A stretch of DNA of 64,000 nt, from assembly GCA_963718515.1 (NCBI GenBank), contig OY970354.1:238363-302362 (forward strand), given 5' to 3'. This DNA is from an uncultured bacterium (GTDB lineage Bacteria > Patescibacteriota > Minisyncoccia > UBA6257 > 2-01-FULL-56-20). A program made the position numbers and the translations under genes. Numbering within the stretch: position 1 is the first letter of the stretch; every line of letters starts with the position of its first letter. Shown here piece by piece: positions 48,993-59,482 of this stretch. A model generated the notes under the pieces. The model made no database searches and had not been told where the DNA came from. It was given only the letters and a program-made list of their open reading frames with translations.

Positions 48993-49313
48993 TTAACGGC
49001 ATCCGTCGACCGCGTATGCAAGTTCCTTTGGGATGAAACGTTCGGGCATGATTGCTAAAAATTCCTTTGCAATACCAGGATGATGTTCGCAGAGGGCAGT
49101 GACGATCTCCATGAAATCTCTATCCTTCTCCGCGCCCTTATACAGATACGCGAATGCGTTGTGAACTTTTTTCGGGGAGCTTTCTTTGTTGCTGATGATT
49201 GCGAGCAACGCTTTCCTGATGCAGGACATTTCTGCTATTCCCTCCAGTGGGATTGTCGATCGATTGAAGAACAGCCCATATTGTATCATCTGGCAAAATA
49301 ATTTCAACGGCAT
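48993..49313 (-). CDS. hypothetical protein
   Basis: 106-aa ORF with its own terminator. I recognise no motif. Confidence 0.45.
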   Translation of the reverse strand: MPLKLFCQMIQYGLFFNRSTIPLEGIAEMSCIRKALLAIISNKESSPKKVHNAFAYLYKGAEKDRDFMEIVTALCEHHPGIAKEFLAIMPERFIPKELAYAVDGCR

Positions 49314-49330
49314 ATAATAGGAGTACTACA

Positions 49331-50299
49331 ATGGCATCTTTTGATTACGCACAGGGTCAGGCATTTTTTCGCGACTCGTTCGTGCCGTTCGCGGCGGCGA
49401 ACGTGAGCATCGCGAGCTCGCCGGTGCTGTACGGCTTGAGCGTGTACACGGTATTCAGCATCAATTGGAACGATACTGAGAAAAAACATTATGCTTTTAG
49501 ATTAAAAGATCATTATAGACGGCTTGTAAATTCTGCGGCGATCATGGATTTTAATAATTTCGCGCCGGCGTGGCCGTACGAAAAGTTCGAGGCGACGATG
49601 CGCGAGCTCTTGAAGCGCAACGCGGCTGCGATCGCGGGGGAGTCGGTGCTCGTGCGTGCCACTATTTTCGTCGACGCGCTTATCGCGGGAACGAAGATAC
49701 ACGATTTGCAACATACGTTCGCGGCGTTCGTCTATCCAATGGGCCATCTATTGCCGAGCGGCGGCGTCAACGTCTGTGTGTCGAGTTGGACGCGCAATGC
49801 CGACAACGCCATTCCGCCGCGCGCGAAGGTGAATGGCGGATACGTCAACTCATCGCTCATCAAGAACGAGGCGTTATTGAACGGCTATGACGACGCGATC
49901 GCGCTTGATGCGCACGGGCACGTCACAGAAGCGACGGTGGCAAACGTCTTCATCGTGCGCAACGGCGTTTTGATCACGCCCGGCGTGAGCGCCGATCTTT
50001 TGGAAGGCATCACGCGCGCGAGCGTCATCACGATCGCCCGCGCCGCCGGCATCGCCGTCGAAGAGCGCGCGGTGGACCGCACGGAATTTTATGTCGCCGA
50101 CGAAGTATTTTTGTGTGGCAGTTCAGCAAAGCTCGTTCCCATCCTATCCGTTGATAAACGGCCGGTAGGCACCGGTGTTGCGGGTGATGCATCCGCCGCC
50201 GTGCCAGGCCCGATCACAAAAATGCTTTTAGAAAAATTCGAGGCGGCGCAAATAGGAACCGACGGCGGTATGTACGCCGCGTGGAGAATGGAGATATAA
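49331..50299 (+). CDS. class IV aminotransferase (branched-chain amino acid / D-amino acid aminotransferase family)
   Basis: 322 aa. HVTEATVANVFIVRNGVLITP and LEGITRASVI match the fold-type IV PLP enzyme pattern. Confidence 0.7.
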   Translation: MASFDYAQGQAFFRDSFVPFAAANVSIASSPVLYGLSVYTVFSINWNDTEKKHYAFRLKDHYRRLVNSAAIMDFNNFAPAWPYEKFEATMRELLKRNAAAIAGESVLVRATIFVDALIAGTKIHDLQHTFAAFVYPMGHLLPSGGVNVCVSSWTRNADNAIPPRAKVNGGYVNSSLIKNEALLNGYDDAIALDAHGHVTEATVANVFIVRNGVLITPGVSADLLEGITRASVITIARAAGIAVEERAVDRTEFYVADEVFLCGSSAKLVPILSVDKRPVGTGVAGDASAAVPGPITKMLLEKFEAAQIGTDGGMYAAWRMEI

Positions 50300-50324
50300 A
50301 ATGTGCGTGTTGGAATGACCGAAC

Positions 50325-50606
50325 TCAATCAGAACTTTTCAGTTTATAAACTGTGTCGATATAAGCCTGTGCATCTCTCACATTTTCCTTTAGCATATTT
50401 TTTCGGACTTTCTTCGGTCCGGCTTCGTAGCCGATCATTACCCGTTTCTTTGTAACCTTGTACACTTGATAGGTTATATTGTTCTTTTTGATCACTGCAA
50501 GATCTCCCACATTTAATTTTTTGATGGGTGTCGCTTGGAAATATCCCGCTGAGATATTTTCTCGATGCTCTATTAGGGTTATGCGATGAACGCCTTTTTT
50601 ATTCAT
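50325..50606 (-). CDS. hypothetical small protein
   Basis: Trimmed to the ATG at 50606 (MNKKGVHRITL...), because the upstream part of the 133-aa ORF is the tRNA-Leu gene. Confidence 0.4.
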   Translation of the reverse strand: MNKKGVHRITLIEHRENISAGYFQATPIKKLNVGDLAVIKKNNITYQVYKVTKKRVMIGYEAGPKKVRKNMLKENVRDAQAYIDTVYKLKSSD

Positions 50607-50615
50607 ATTTTTTGT

Positions 50616-50701
50616 TGGTGCCCGAGGAGGGAGTCGAACCCTCATGACCTTGCGATCGATGGATTTTGAGTCCATTGCGTCTGCCATTCCGCCACCCGGG
50701 C
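50616..50701 (-). tRNA. tRNA-Leu (anticodon CAA), CCA encoded
   Basis: The reverse complement is GCCCGGGTGGCGGAATGGCAGACGCAATGGACTCAAAATCCATC...GAGGGTTCGACTCCCTCCTCGGGCACCA. Confidence 0.85.
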
Positions 50702-50816
50702 TTTGGGCAATTGCCAAAATCAGCATTCATCATAAGCGACGGAAGGCTTTTTTTCAACCTTGATTTTTAAGAGGTGGACTGGTATGCTCTTCGCAGAAAT
50801 AGGAAAAGGAGGTGCG

Positions 50817-51485
50817 ATGATCCGGATAAAGCGAGAAAGGATCGTGCCGATCGTGCTCACGGGAGGTCCGTGCGCAGGGAAGACAGAAGCCACTACCCAC
50901 CTAAAAGCCAAGACGATCGCCCTCGGCTGGCAGGTGCACACCATTGAAGAACCGGCGACGGCACTCTTCACCCAATGGCCAGGACTGAAGAAGCGGTTTC
51001 TTAGGGCGTTGGCCAGGGTAGACCGATCAACCTTGTTCGAGATTGAAAGTGCGATCACTCGATTTTCTCTTCAGAGTCTTCACCGGGGGGTGGGGCTTGC
51101 GGAGCTCCTCGGGGGTAGATGGATCCTTCTTCTTGACCGCGCGATCCCCGACAACCGTGTATACCTGCCGCCGGGATCTCTCGGCGATTCGATCTATGCA
51201 AGTATCTTGCGCAACCTCGGTTATCCACATCCGCGAGATGTCTTCTTGGATTACTCTGGTGTGATCAAGCTCACAACGGCGGCGCTCGGTGCAGAGCGAT
51301 TCTACACGTGCGCAAACAATGATAGCCGGAACGAATCCATCGAAGAGGCAAGAGAGTTGGACCGGCGCATCTCCACTGCCTACGCCGGACATCGCTGCTT
51401 TTACGAGATCGACAATTCCACCGATTTTGAGGGCAAGCTCGCGCGGGCGGTGGGCGCAATGAAAAAGATACTTCGGCAACGTTGA
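50817..51485 (+). CDS. P-loop NTPase (AAA_28 / NadR-kinase-like)
   Basis: The ATG at 50817 is preceded by AAAGGAGGT. IVLTGGPCAGKTEA is a Walker A motif. Confidence 0.55.
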   Translation: MIRIKRERIVPIVLTGGPCAGKTEATTHLKAKTIALGWQVHTIEEPATALFTQWPGLKKRFLRALARVDRSTLFEIESAITRFSLQSLHRGVGLAELLGGRWILLLDRAIPDNRVYLPPGSLGDSIYASILRNLGYPHPRDVFLDYSGVIKLTTAALGAERFYTCANNDSRNESIEEARELDRRISTAYAGHRCFYEIDNSTDFEGKLARAVGAMKKILRQR

Positions 51486-51559
51486 TTATCACGAGGCTTC
51501 GCTACGGCGAAGCCTTTTTATTTGTGGAAAGTGCGATAATCTCGTAAAATCAAGATAAT

Positions 51560-52385
51560 ATGGCACGCGTTATCGCGATATGTAATGCAAAGGGCGGCGT
51601 TGGGAAAACCACGACCGCGGTAAATCTCGGCGCGTATCTTGCCGCCGCGGGAAAGCGCGTTTTGCTCGTTGACTTTGACCCGCAGGCGAATGCGAGTTCG
51701 GCGCTTGGCCACAACCAGATGGCAGGCGAGCCGAGCGTGTATCACGGCATACTTGATCAGGTGACGCCGGAACAGGTGATCAAGCCGACCGTCATCTATA
51801 ATTATCACTACGTGCCGTCGGCGCCGCATCTTGCCGGGGCGCTCGTGGAATTGGTGGACGTTCCCGAGCGCGAATATTTTTTGCGGAAATTTATCAATCG
51901 CGTGCGGCACAGCTACGATTACATTTTGATCGACCTTCCGCCGTCGCTCAGCCTGCTCACGGTGAACGGCATGGTGGCCGCCGACGAGAGTATTGATTCC
52001 GGTGCAGACGGAATATTACAGCTTGGAAGGCATCGGCCAGATGCTCGAAACGGTGAATTTGATCCGCGACAATTTGGCGCACCCGGTGCGCATCACGGGC
52101 GCGGTCATCACGATGTACGACAAGCGCGAGCATTTGAGCCGCGAAGTTTCAAAAAATATCCGCCGCCATTTTCCGCACCACGTCTTTGATGTTGAGATCC
52201 CGCGCGCGGTCGCACTCGCCGAGGCGCCAAGTTTTTCCAAGCCGATCATTTTATATCGTCCCGATTCGCCGGGCGCGCAGGCGTACGAGCGGCTCGCGCG
52301 CGAGATAATAGATCAGGAGTTGGCGCTTGCCCAGGCCGTGGCGGCGCCGGTCGCAAGCGAAAATTTCGGCAATTTTAATATCTAA
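51560..52385 (+). pseudogene. parA: chromosome partitioning ATPase ParA/Soj with one +1 frame disruption (about 51989)
   Basis: VIAICNAKGGVGKTTTAVNLG (deviant Walker A). ...LTVNGMVAADE/VLIPVQTEYYSLEGIGQML... needs removal of one nucleotide in GAGAGTA. Confidence 0.85.
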
Positions 52386-52386
52386 T

Positions 52387-53457
52387 ATGTTAGGCAAAGG
52401 ACTCGAGTCGTTGATACCAAAAAATAATCAGGGGCAGGGCGCGGACGGTGATCAGCCGAACGATACCAGCACGCCGGCGCGTTCGGATTCGCCCCGTCCG
52501 GAGCCCCAGCCGTCCGCCCAGCCACATCCTGGGTTCGTTCCTCCGGCACCCGCCGTTGCGCCCGCGATTCTACCGGCGCACCCTTCGCCCCAGCCGCAAA
52601 AGCGCGATGAGCTCGCGCAGGAATCGATATTTCATATCGAGATCGAGAAGATCACGGCGAATCCCGACCAGCCCGGCGGCATTTTGACGAAGATGCTCTG
52701 CACGAGCTCGCGAGTTCCATCCGCGAGTTCGGATTCCTCCAGCCGCTCGTCGTTTCAAAAGTAGAGAAAGAAACGCCGACCGGCATCAGCAGTGGAGTAT
52801 CAGATCATCGCGGGCGAGCGCCGCTTTATGGCGGCCAAGATTCTTGGCCTCCCGCGCGTTCCCGCGATCGTCCGCAATATAAATTTAGAACGCGAGAAAC
52901 TTGAGCTCGGCGTAATCGAGAACATTCAAAGAGAAAATCTGAATCCGATCGAAATGGCGCGCGCGTTCCAGCGTCTGCAGGAGGAGTTCCGCATGACCCA
53001 GCGCGAGATCGCGGCGAAGCTCGGCAAGAGCCGCGAGGTGGTGGCGAACAGCGTGCGCCTGCTTGATCTGCCGGAATACATCCAGCGCGCGGTGGAAAAG
53101 GGCGAGCTTTCGGAAAGCAACGCGCGCCTGCTCATCGCGATCGAAGACCCGGGCGCGCAGAAGGCCATGCTCGACGATATCGTGCAGAACAAATTGACGA
53201 CGCGCGATGTGAGGGAGCGCATCCAGCGTGCCAGCGCTCCGGCGGGGACGCCTGGTTCTCACCGCCGCGGCCGGCCGCCCCTGCAAGAGGTTCGGCTCGC
53301 GCCGGAGGTGAAGGCGATGCAGGACGAACTAAGCACCACGCTCGGCGCACCCGTCGAGATCAGCAAGAACGCGAACAACGGCAAGATCAGCATCACCTTC
53401 TTTTCGGAAGAAGAGTTGGAAAGCATCCTCCGTCGCTTAGGAAAAGAGAGAGAATGA
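52387..53457 (+). pseudogene. parB: chromosome partitioning protein ParB/Spo0J with one -1 and one +1 disruption (about 52672-52675 and 52788-52791)
   Basis: MLGKGLESLIP... is followed by a Pro-rich linker, then IEIEKITANPDQP/RRHFDEDALHELASSIREFGFLQPLVV...TPTGIS/VEYQIIAGERRFMAAK. The middle 40 aa read only in another frame. Confidence 0.8.
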
Positions 53458-53474
53458 TGGGTCGCTAATAAAAA

Positions 53475-53539
53475 GAACCTCCCAGTTTTCTGTCGAATTA
53501 TTCTTATCACGAGGCAGAAAGCTGGGAGGTTCTTTTTTT
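53475..53539. terminator. long bidirectional hairpin terminator between parB and relA/spoT
   Basis: GAACCTCCCAGTTTTCTG (53475-53492) pairs with CAGAAAGCTGGGAGGTTC (53515-53532) with one mismatch. A5 precedes it and T7 follows. Confidence 0.75.
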
Positions 53540-55058
53540 ATGCCTCCCACCTTCGCGATTTTTTCTTCCGCAGCACCGACCGGATATGATCCTTCGCGAT
53601 CGTTGTCTTTACGAACCGCAGCCAGTCCTCCGACGGACGCTTTCCTTTTTGCGTGACGATCTCGACGACGTCGCCGGATTTAGAGGGTGGTCGAGCGGCG
53701 TTGCGACGCCGTTCACCTTTGCGCCCGTCGCGGCGTCGCCGATCTCCGAATGGACGTGGTATGCAAAATCGATCGGCGTGGATCCGGCGGGAAGATCGAT
53801 CACATCGCCGCGCGGCGTCACGGCAAAGATGCGCGATTGGAAGAAATCGATCTTCATCGCTTGCAGGAATTCTTCCGGATCATCAGCGTTGCCGTCAAAT
53901 CGTTCCTGCCAGTGTTTTAATTGCTGGACCCACTCGATTTCCTGCGCAAGCTTTTTTCCGGAACGGCTTCACGCCGCCGTCCTTGTTCTCTTTATAGATC
54001 CAGTGCGCGGCAACCCCGTATTCGTTCTCGTCGTGCATCTCTTTGGTGCGGATCTGGAACTCCACGCGTTTGCCGTCGGGGCCGATGACGGTCGTGTGCA
54101 GACTGCGATAGGCGTTGGGTTTTGGCATCGCGATGTAATCCTTGATGCGGCGCGGGAGCGGCGGCCACGCTTCGTGGATCACGCCGAGCGCGGCGTAGCA
54201 CTCGGGGAGCGTTTCCACGATGACGCGCATGGCGACGAGGTCATGCACGCGGTCGATGTCCATATCGCGCTTCAACAATTTTTTATACAGACTGCTGTAG
54301 CGCTTTGCGCGGATCTCGATGTCGAGCGGTTTGATATCGTGCTCCTTCAATAATTTTTTGACCTGGGGTTTTATCTTTTCCAGATATTTCGATCGTTCCG
54401 CGAATCGTTCTTTTGCCGCTCGCAAGAGCCATTCGTATTCGCGCGGGTGAAGATAGGGGAATGCGAGATCCTGCAGTTCGCCGCTCACGTTATGCATGCC
54501 GAGCCGGTAGGCGAGCGAGGCGTAGATCTCGTCGGTCTCGAGCGCGACGCGCTTTTGCTTTGCGGGCGGCAGTGCGGCGAGCGTCTGCATGTTGTGCAGG
54601 CGGTCGGCGAGCTTGATGAAGACCACGCGGAGATCCTGGCTGAGCGCCAGGATCATTTTTCGGAGATTTTCCGCCTTGCTCTGTTCCGTCGCCAATGCCG
54701 CCGCGGTCAGTGCGCCTGTCTTACCGCGTCCCTTCTCTGCGAGCGCGGCGTTGTCGCGATATTTGATATGGCCGAGCTTGGTGACGCCATCCACGAGGAA
54801 CGCCACCTCTTCGCCGAATTCTTTTTTGATCGTCTCGAGCGGTACGCCGGTATCTTCTACGGTGTCGTGCAGTAGTCCTGCGGCGACCGTCGCCTCGTCC
54901 ATGTGCCACGACTGCAAGATCTCCGCCGTCGCGAGCGCATGGTTAAAATATGGTTCGCCGCTTTTTCGCTTCTGCCCCGTGTGTGCCTTTTCCGCGAACG
55001 CATACGCGCGTCCGATAAGGCTCTCCGGATTTTTTTTGGCGAATTCTTTGACGCTCAT
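53538..55058 (-). pseudogene. bifunctional (p)ppGpp synthetase/hydrolase (RelA/SpoT homolog: HD + synthetase + TGS) with two frame disruptions (T6 run at 53952-53957; about 53679-53682)
   Basis: LLHDTVEDT (HD domain), RVIVETLPECYAALGVIH and YRSLHTTVIG (synthetase domain). ...FRKK/LAQEIEWVQQLKHW...MKIDFFQSRIFAVTPRGDVIDLPAGSTPIDFAY (TGS domain) ...HPL/KSGDVVEIVTQKGKRPSEDWLRFVKT. Confidence 0.8.
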
Positions 55059-55067
55059 AGGCTCCGG

Positions 55068-57316
55068 TTACGCTTTTTTCTTTACTACCTTTGGCTTTGG
55101 CGGATTTTCTATCCAGTGCTTCAGCGCGGCCTGGAGCTCTTCTTCCGATTCCGGTTTTTTATTCATCACGAATGTGCAGTCGGGATAGCGCGTGCAGGCA
55201 AAGAACGGTTTGCCGCGCCCGCGCGATTTTTTTTCCACGATGTCGCCGGGCTTGTCGTGGCGCTCGGGCGATGCGAGGCAGTTCGGACATTTGAATCCGG
55301 TCTTGTTCCAGATCTTCACGATGCCTTTGCACTTTGGATAATCAGTGCAGCCAAGGAAGAATCCAAAGCGGCCGCGCGTGACCTTCATCGGTTTGCCGCA
55401 GATCGGACAGCGTTCATCTTTTGTTTTTTCTTCAAGCGCTTTTATTTGCGCGGCTTCTTCCGGCATCGGGAGCGTCACCTTCACGCCCGGCTCGGGGCAG
55501 GCGAGGAATTTTCCCATGCGGCCGAACTTGATGAGCATCGGCTTGCCGCAGTGCGGGCAGGGCGTGGTAGAGATCTCCACCTGTTTTTCCACGCTCGCTT
55601 CTTTTTCGTCCAGATTCTTTTTGAACGGGCCGTAGAATTCGCGGCACACTTCGGTCCATTTCATTTTTCCCTCCGCGATCTCATCGAATTCTTCTTCAAT
55701 ATGCGAAGTGAATTTAATGTCGACGATCTCCGGGAAGTTTTCGACGAGCAGGTCGTTCACCAAAATGCCGATCTCGGTCGGCACATATTTTTTTCCAGTT
55801 TTTCCACATAGCCGCGCTCTTGGATGGTCGAAAGCGTTGGTGCGTAGGTTGACGGGCGGCCCATGCCTTCGGCTTCGAGCGCTTTCACGAGCGTTGCGTC
55901 GGTGTAGCGCGCGGGCGGTTCGGTAAAGTGCTGGAGCCGCCGGGTTTTCGCTATCGCATTCCAGCTTGGCGAGCGTGAGCGCCATATCTTTTTCGAGCTT
56001 CGGCAAGCCGCCTTCGATCTCATCGCTTGCATCTTCATCGCGTCCTTCGGTGTACACGCGGATGAATCCGTCGAACATTACCGTCTGGCCGTTCGCGCGG
56101 AAGATTTCTTTGCGCGGCGTGTTCGCCTCGATGTCCACCGGCAGTTTGTTCAAGCGTCGCTTCCTTCATTTGCGATGCGATCGTGCGCTTCCAGATAAGA
56201 TCGTAGAGGCGTGCTTCGCCGCGGTCTTTGAGGCCGATGGCACCACCGGACGTTGCCTCGAGGTTCGTGGGCCGGATCGCTTCGTGCGCTTCCTGCGCGC
56301 CTTTGCTCTTGGTGGAATAGTGCGTGGCGCAGAGAGCTGGTATTCTTTTCCAAATTCTTTGCCGATCACGCTCTGCGCCTGTGCAAGCGCCGACGCGGCA
56401 AGGTTCACGCTGTCGGTCCTCATATACGTGATGTGGCCATTTTCGTAAAGATGTTGCGCGACGACCATCGTCTGTTTCGCGCAGAAGCCGAGCTTTGCGC
56501 GCCGCTTCCTGCTGGAGCGTAGACGTGGTGAACGGCGCCGACGGGTTCCGGCGCACTTCTTTTACGGTAATGTCCGCGATCCGATAATCCGCGCCTTTCA
56601 GTCCCTCTATAATATGCTTCGCCTCCGCCTCATTCGTGATGCCCATTTTGCCGACGGCCTTGCCATTAATAGAATTGAGCACGGCAGGGAACGGCGATTT
56701 TCCTTTTGGCGGCAGGAAAGATGCCTCGATCGTCCAGTATTCTTCTTTATTAAAAGCCTGGATAAGGCGCTCGCGTTCCACGACAAGCCGCACCGCCACG
56801 CTTTGCACGCGGCCGGCGGAAAGCCCGTAGCGGATCTTGCGCCACAAGAAACGGCGAGAGCTCGTAGCCGACGAGGCGGTCGAGAACGCGCCGCGCCTGC
56901 TGGGCATCCACGAGATTGATGTCGAGCGCGCGCGGATGTTCGAGCGCTTCAGGATCGCGTCCTTCGTGATCTCGTGGAACGCGATGCGTTCGTATGGCCG
57001 CGCCGTCTTCTTTTCTTGTCGAGCTCGAGCGCGCTCACGAGATGCCACGCGATCGCTTCTCCTTCGCGGTCTTCGTCGGTTGCGAGAATGACGCGGTCTG
57101 CTTTCTTTGCGAGCGCGCTTCAAATTGTCCACCACCGGCTCGGCTTTTTTGGGGATCACATAGGTCGGCTCAAAATCGTGTGCAACGTCGATGCCGATTT
57201 TGCTCTTTGGAAGGTCGCGAATGTGGCCGTAGGATGATTCGACGGCAAATTGCTTTGCCGACGAACTTGCTGATGGTCTTTGCTTTGGTGGGCGATTCGA
57301 CGATGATGAGGTCCAT
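55068..57316 (-). pseudogene. topA: DNA topoisomerase I with about 10 single-nucleotide frame disruptions
   Basis: MDLIIVESPTKAKTISKF (Toprim), [38 protein letters not shown] (catalytic Tyr context), [19 protein letters not shown] and C-terminal CxxC zinc ribbons. The correct reading hops between all three frames. Approximate disruption sites are 57250, 57112, 57012, 56948, 56849, 56494, 56320, 56141, 55960 and 55788-55794. Gene length mod 3 = 2. Confidence 0.85.
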
Positions 57317-57338
57317 ATATATAGAGGGAGTGAATTGT

Positions 57339-58382
57339 TTATATTGTATACCCGCGATCCGATTCTTTGACGATTCCTCTTATAATAAGGAAGCTCAATG
57401 CGCGGTTGACGATTCGGGGTTCAAGTTTAGTCATCTCCACCAATTTGTCAACACTCGCGCCCGACGATATCTCCGCGAGGGCTTTTAGAATAAGGATTTC
57501 TTCGGTGGACGCGGAGACCGCCACGCGCGCCATCGCAACTTTTTTATCCACGCCATACGCCTCCATAATATCGTCCGGCGATGACACGAATTCCGCCCCT
57601 TGACGGATAAGCGCATGAGACCCTTTGAAGTTCGCGGCGGTCATCGCTCCAGGTGTCACGAATACTTCGCGGTTCTGTTCCACGGCATAGCGTGCGGTCG
57701 CGAGCGCACCGGACGATTCGGGTGCTTCGACGATGAGCGTGCCACGCGCAATGCCGCTAATGATCCGGTTTCGTTCTATGAAGCGGTACCCGTATGGCGG
57801 TTCATTGGGCGGATATTCGGAGATGAGCGCACCGCCGTGCTCGAGAATTTTGCGCGCGAGTGGTTCGTGCGTTTGGGGATAGACATCATCCAATCCCCCG
57901 GCAAGCACCGCGACGGTTGCACCGCCCGCATCCAGGCATCCCTCGTGTGCAGCGGCGTCGATACCGAACGCGAGCCCGCTCGCGATCGTAAATCCTGCGC
58001 CCGCGAGTTCGCGTGCGAACATACGCGCGGTGGTCTTTCCATCCGCGCTTGCCCGGCGGGTTCCCACGATCGCGAGCGTGAGATCATTGGCAGAGAGCGT
58101 CCCGCGTATATAGAGGCCGAAGGGGGATTGGGAAATATGGCGGAGCGGTTCCGGATATTCCTCTTCCCACGGCATCACAAGTCGCACGCCGAGGCGATCG
58201 AGCTCTCCATATGCCTCGGCGGGATCTGGAAGTATCACGCCGTTTTCTTTCGCCACGTCATTTTCTTTCAATGCGTGGTACGCGGCCTCCCAGCTTTCCG
58301 CCCCCGCCCGATATTTTTTTGCCGCATAGTGATCGCCATGCGCCGCGATGGCGATCGCGTGATAAAAAAGTGTTTCGTTCAT
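57339..58382 (-). CDS. dprA: DNA processing protein DprA (Smf)
   Basis: LAIVGTRRAS..., IASGLAFGIDAAAHEG and RNRIISGIARGTLIVEAPESSGALATA. The gene is intact and sits in the conserved position upstream of topA. Confidence 0.85.
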   Translation of the reverse strand: MNETLFYHAIAIAAHGDHYAAKKYRAGAESWEAAYHALKENDVAKENGVILPDPAEAYGELDRLGVRLVMPWEEEYPEPLRHISQSPFGLYIRGTLSANDLTLAIVGTRRASADGKTTARMFARELAGAGFTIASGLAFGIDAAAHEGCLDAGGATVAVLAGGLDDVYPQTHEPLARKILEHGGALISEYPPNEPPYGYRFIERNRIISGIARGTLIVEAPESSGALATARYAVEQNREVFVTPGAMTAANFKGSHALIRQGAEFVSSPDDIMEAYGVDKKVAMARVAVSASTEEILILKALAEISSGASVDKLVEMTKLEPRIVNRALSFLIIRGIVKESDRGYTI

Positions 58383-58474
58383 AAGGGGTTTTTTGAGCCT
58401 AGCAGATGGCGCAAAAATCGCGAAATATCTTTTAATAGTGATTTAATTTCCTTTTCTTACTATAATGAAGGGGA

Positions 58475-59005
58475 ATGGCACAGGATCGCTTTACAAAGAC
58501 ATTATGGATAAGCCTGGGGGTCATCGTGGCAAGCATAGTGATCGCCGTCATTGCGCTCGATTTTTTTAGCGGGGACCTTACCGCCCGGGCGAATACCATC
58601 GTGGCCGATCGCGCGATGGTTCAACAACAGAACGATGCGGTGGCGGAACTTGCAGGCCTCGAGGAACAGGCGTCGCATGCTACGACATACCAGGCGGCGA
58701 TGGATCAGCTCCTTCCCGATCAGGATAATGTCTTTAACTTCGCACAGTGGTTCTCCCAACTTGGACAACAATATGGCGTGACTGCGAACGCTTCATTGCA
58801 GGGGACGATCACCCCTTCGAGTGGTTCGACACCCGGAACCGCTTCATTTTCTTTCGATACCGAGGGATCGCTCAGTGACATCACCGCATTCCTCGATGCC
58901 GGCGCAAAGTCATCCACATTTCTTATCACATTCACTTCATTTGATGTGACGAGCAACGGAGGGAGCTATAAGGTCACGGGCCAGGGCACTATTTTTTCCC
59001 AATAA
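58475..59005 (+). CDS. hypothetical membrane-anchored protein (PilO-like architecture is speculative)
   Basis: N-terminal TM segment followed by a coiled-coil-like segment. No diagnostic motif. Confidence 0.45.
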   Translation: MAQDRFTKTLWISLGVIVASIVIAVIALDFFSGDLTARANTIVADRAMVQQQNDAVAELAGLEEQASHATTYQAAMDQLLPDQDNVFNFAQWFSQLGQQYGVTANASLQGTITPSSGSTPGTASFSFDTEGSLSDITAFLDAGAKSSTFLITFTSFDVTSNGGSYKVTGQGTIFSQ

Positions 59006-59006
59006 C

Positions 59007-59243
59007 ATGAAAAAATTTTTTCACTCACACCCTGACGTTATCATCGCAGTTCTCGCCGTGGTTTTTCTGGGGGTCATTATTGCGCTCTATGTGTGGGCGT
59101 TGAACGACGTTTTCCTTGAGATCCACCGGTCGCTCAGTTCTTCAGAATCACAGAGCGCCACTACGTTCAATCTTCAAGGGGCATCCAAGCTTGATCTTCG
59201 TGGCCTTATGAACGGCACGACGTCCGCACCAGCAGCTCAATGA
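59007..59243 (+). CDS. hypothetical small membrane-anchored protein
   Basis: 78-aa ORF coupled to the upstream ORF by a 1-nt gap, with one TM segment. Confidence 0.4.
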   Translation: MKKFFHSHPDVIIAVLAVVFLGVIIALYVWALNDVFLEIHRSLSSSESQSATTFNLQGASKLDLRGLMNGTTSAPAAQ

Positions 59244-59319
59244 TCGCTGGTCTTCTGCTCACCCTTGAAAAAAGAGATTGCAGGCCGTATCATGAACCTT
59301 GCCTGCGTCGCCGGTATGG

Positions 59320-59391
59320 GCGCGATTAGCTCAGTGGTAGAGCGTCACATTGACATTGTGAAGGCCGGAGGTCCGATCCCTCCATCGCGCA
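59320..59391 (+). tRNA. tRNA-Val (anticodon GAC), T-loop TCCGATC
   Basis: GCGCGAT/ATCGCGC acceptor stem, D arm GCTC-AGTGGTA-GAGC, loop UUGACAU, T arm GGAGG-TCCGATC-CCTCC (C at position 55). Confidence 0.8.
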
Positions 59392-59410
59392 CACTGCCTT
59401 AGCAGTACGC

Positions 59411-59482
59411 GCGCGTGTAGCTCAGTGGTAGAGCATTTCACTGATAATGAAAAGGTCCTTGGTTCGATTCCAAGTACGCGCA
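59411..59482 (+). tRNA. tRNA-Ile (anticodon GAU)
   Basis: GCGCGTG/TACGCGC acceptor stem, loop CUGAUAA, T arm CTTGG-TTCGATT-CCAAG. Confidence 0.85.

Noticed and set aside
50607-50726. N-terminal 40 aa of the 133-aa ORF 50325..50726.
   Set aside because: This stretch is the reverse strand of a perfect tRNA-Leu(CAA) gene. The ORF was trimmed to the ATG at 50606.
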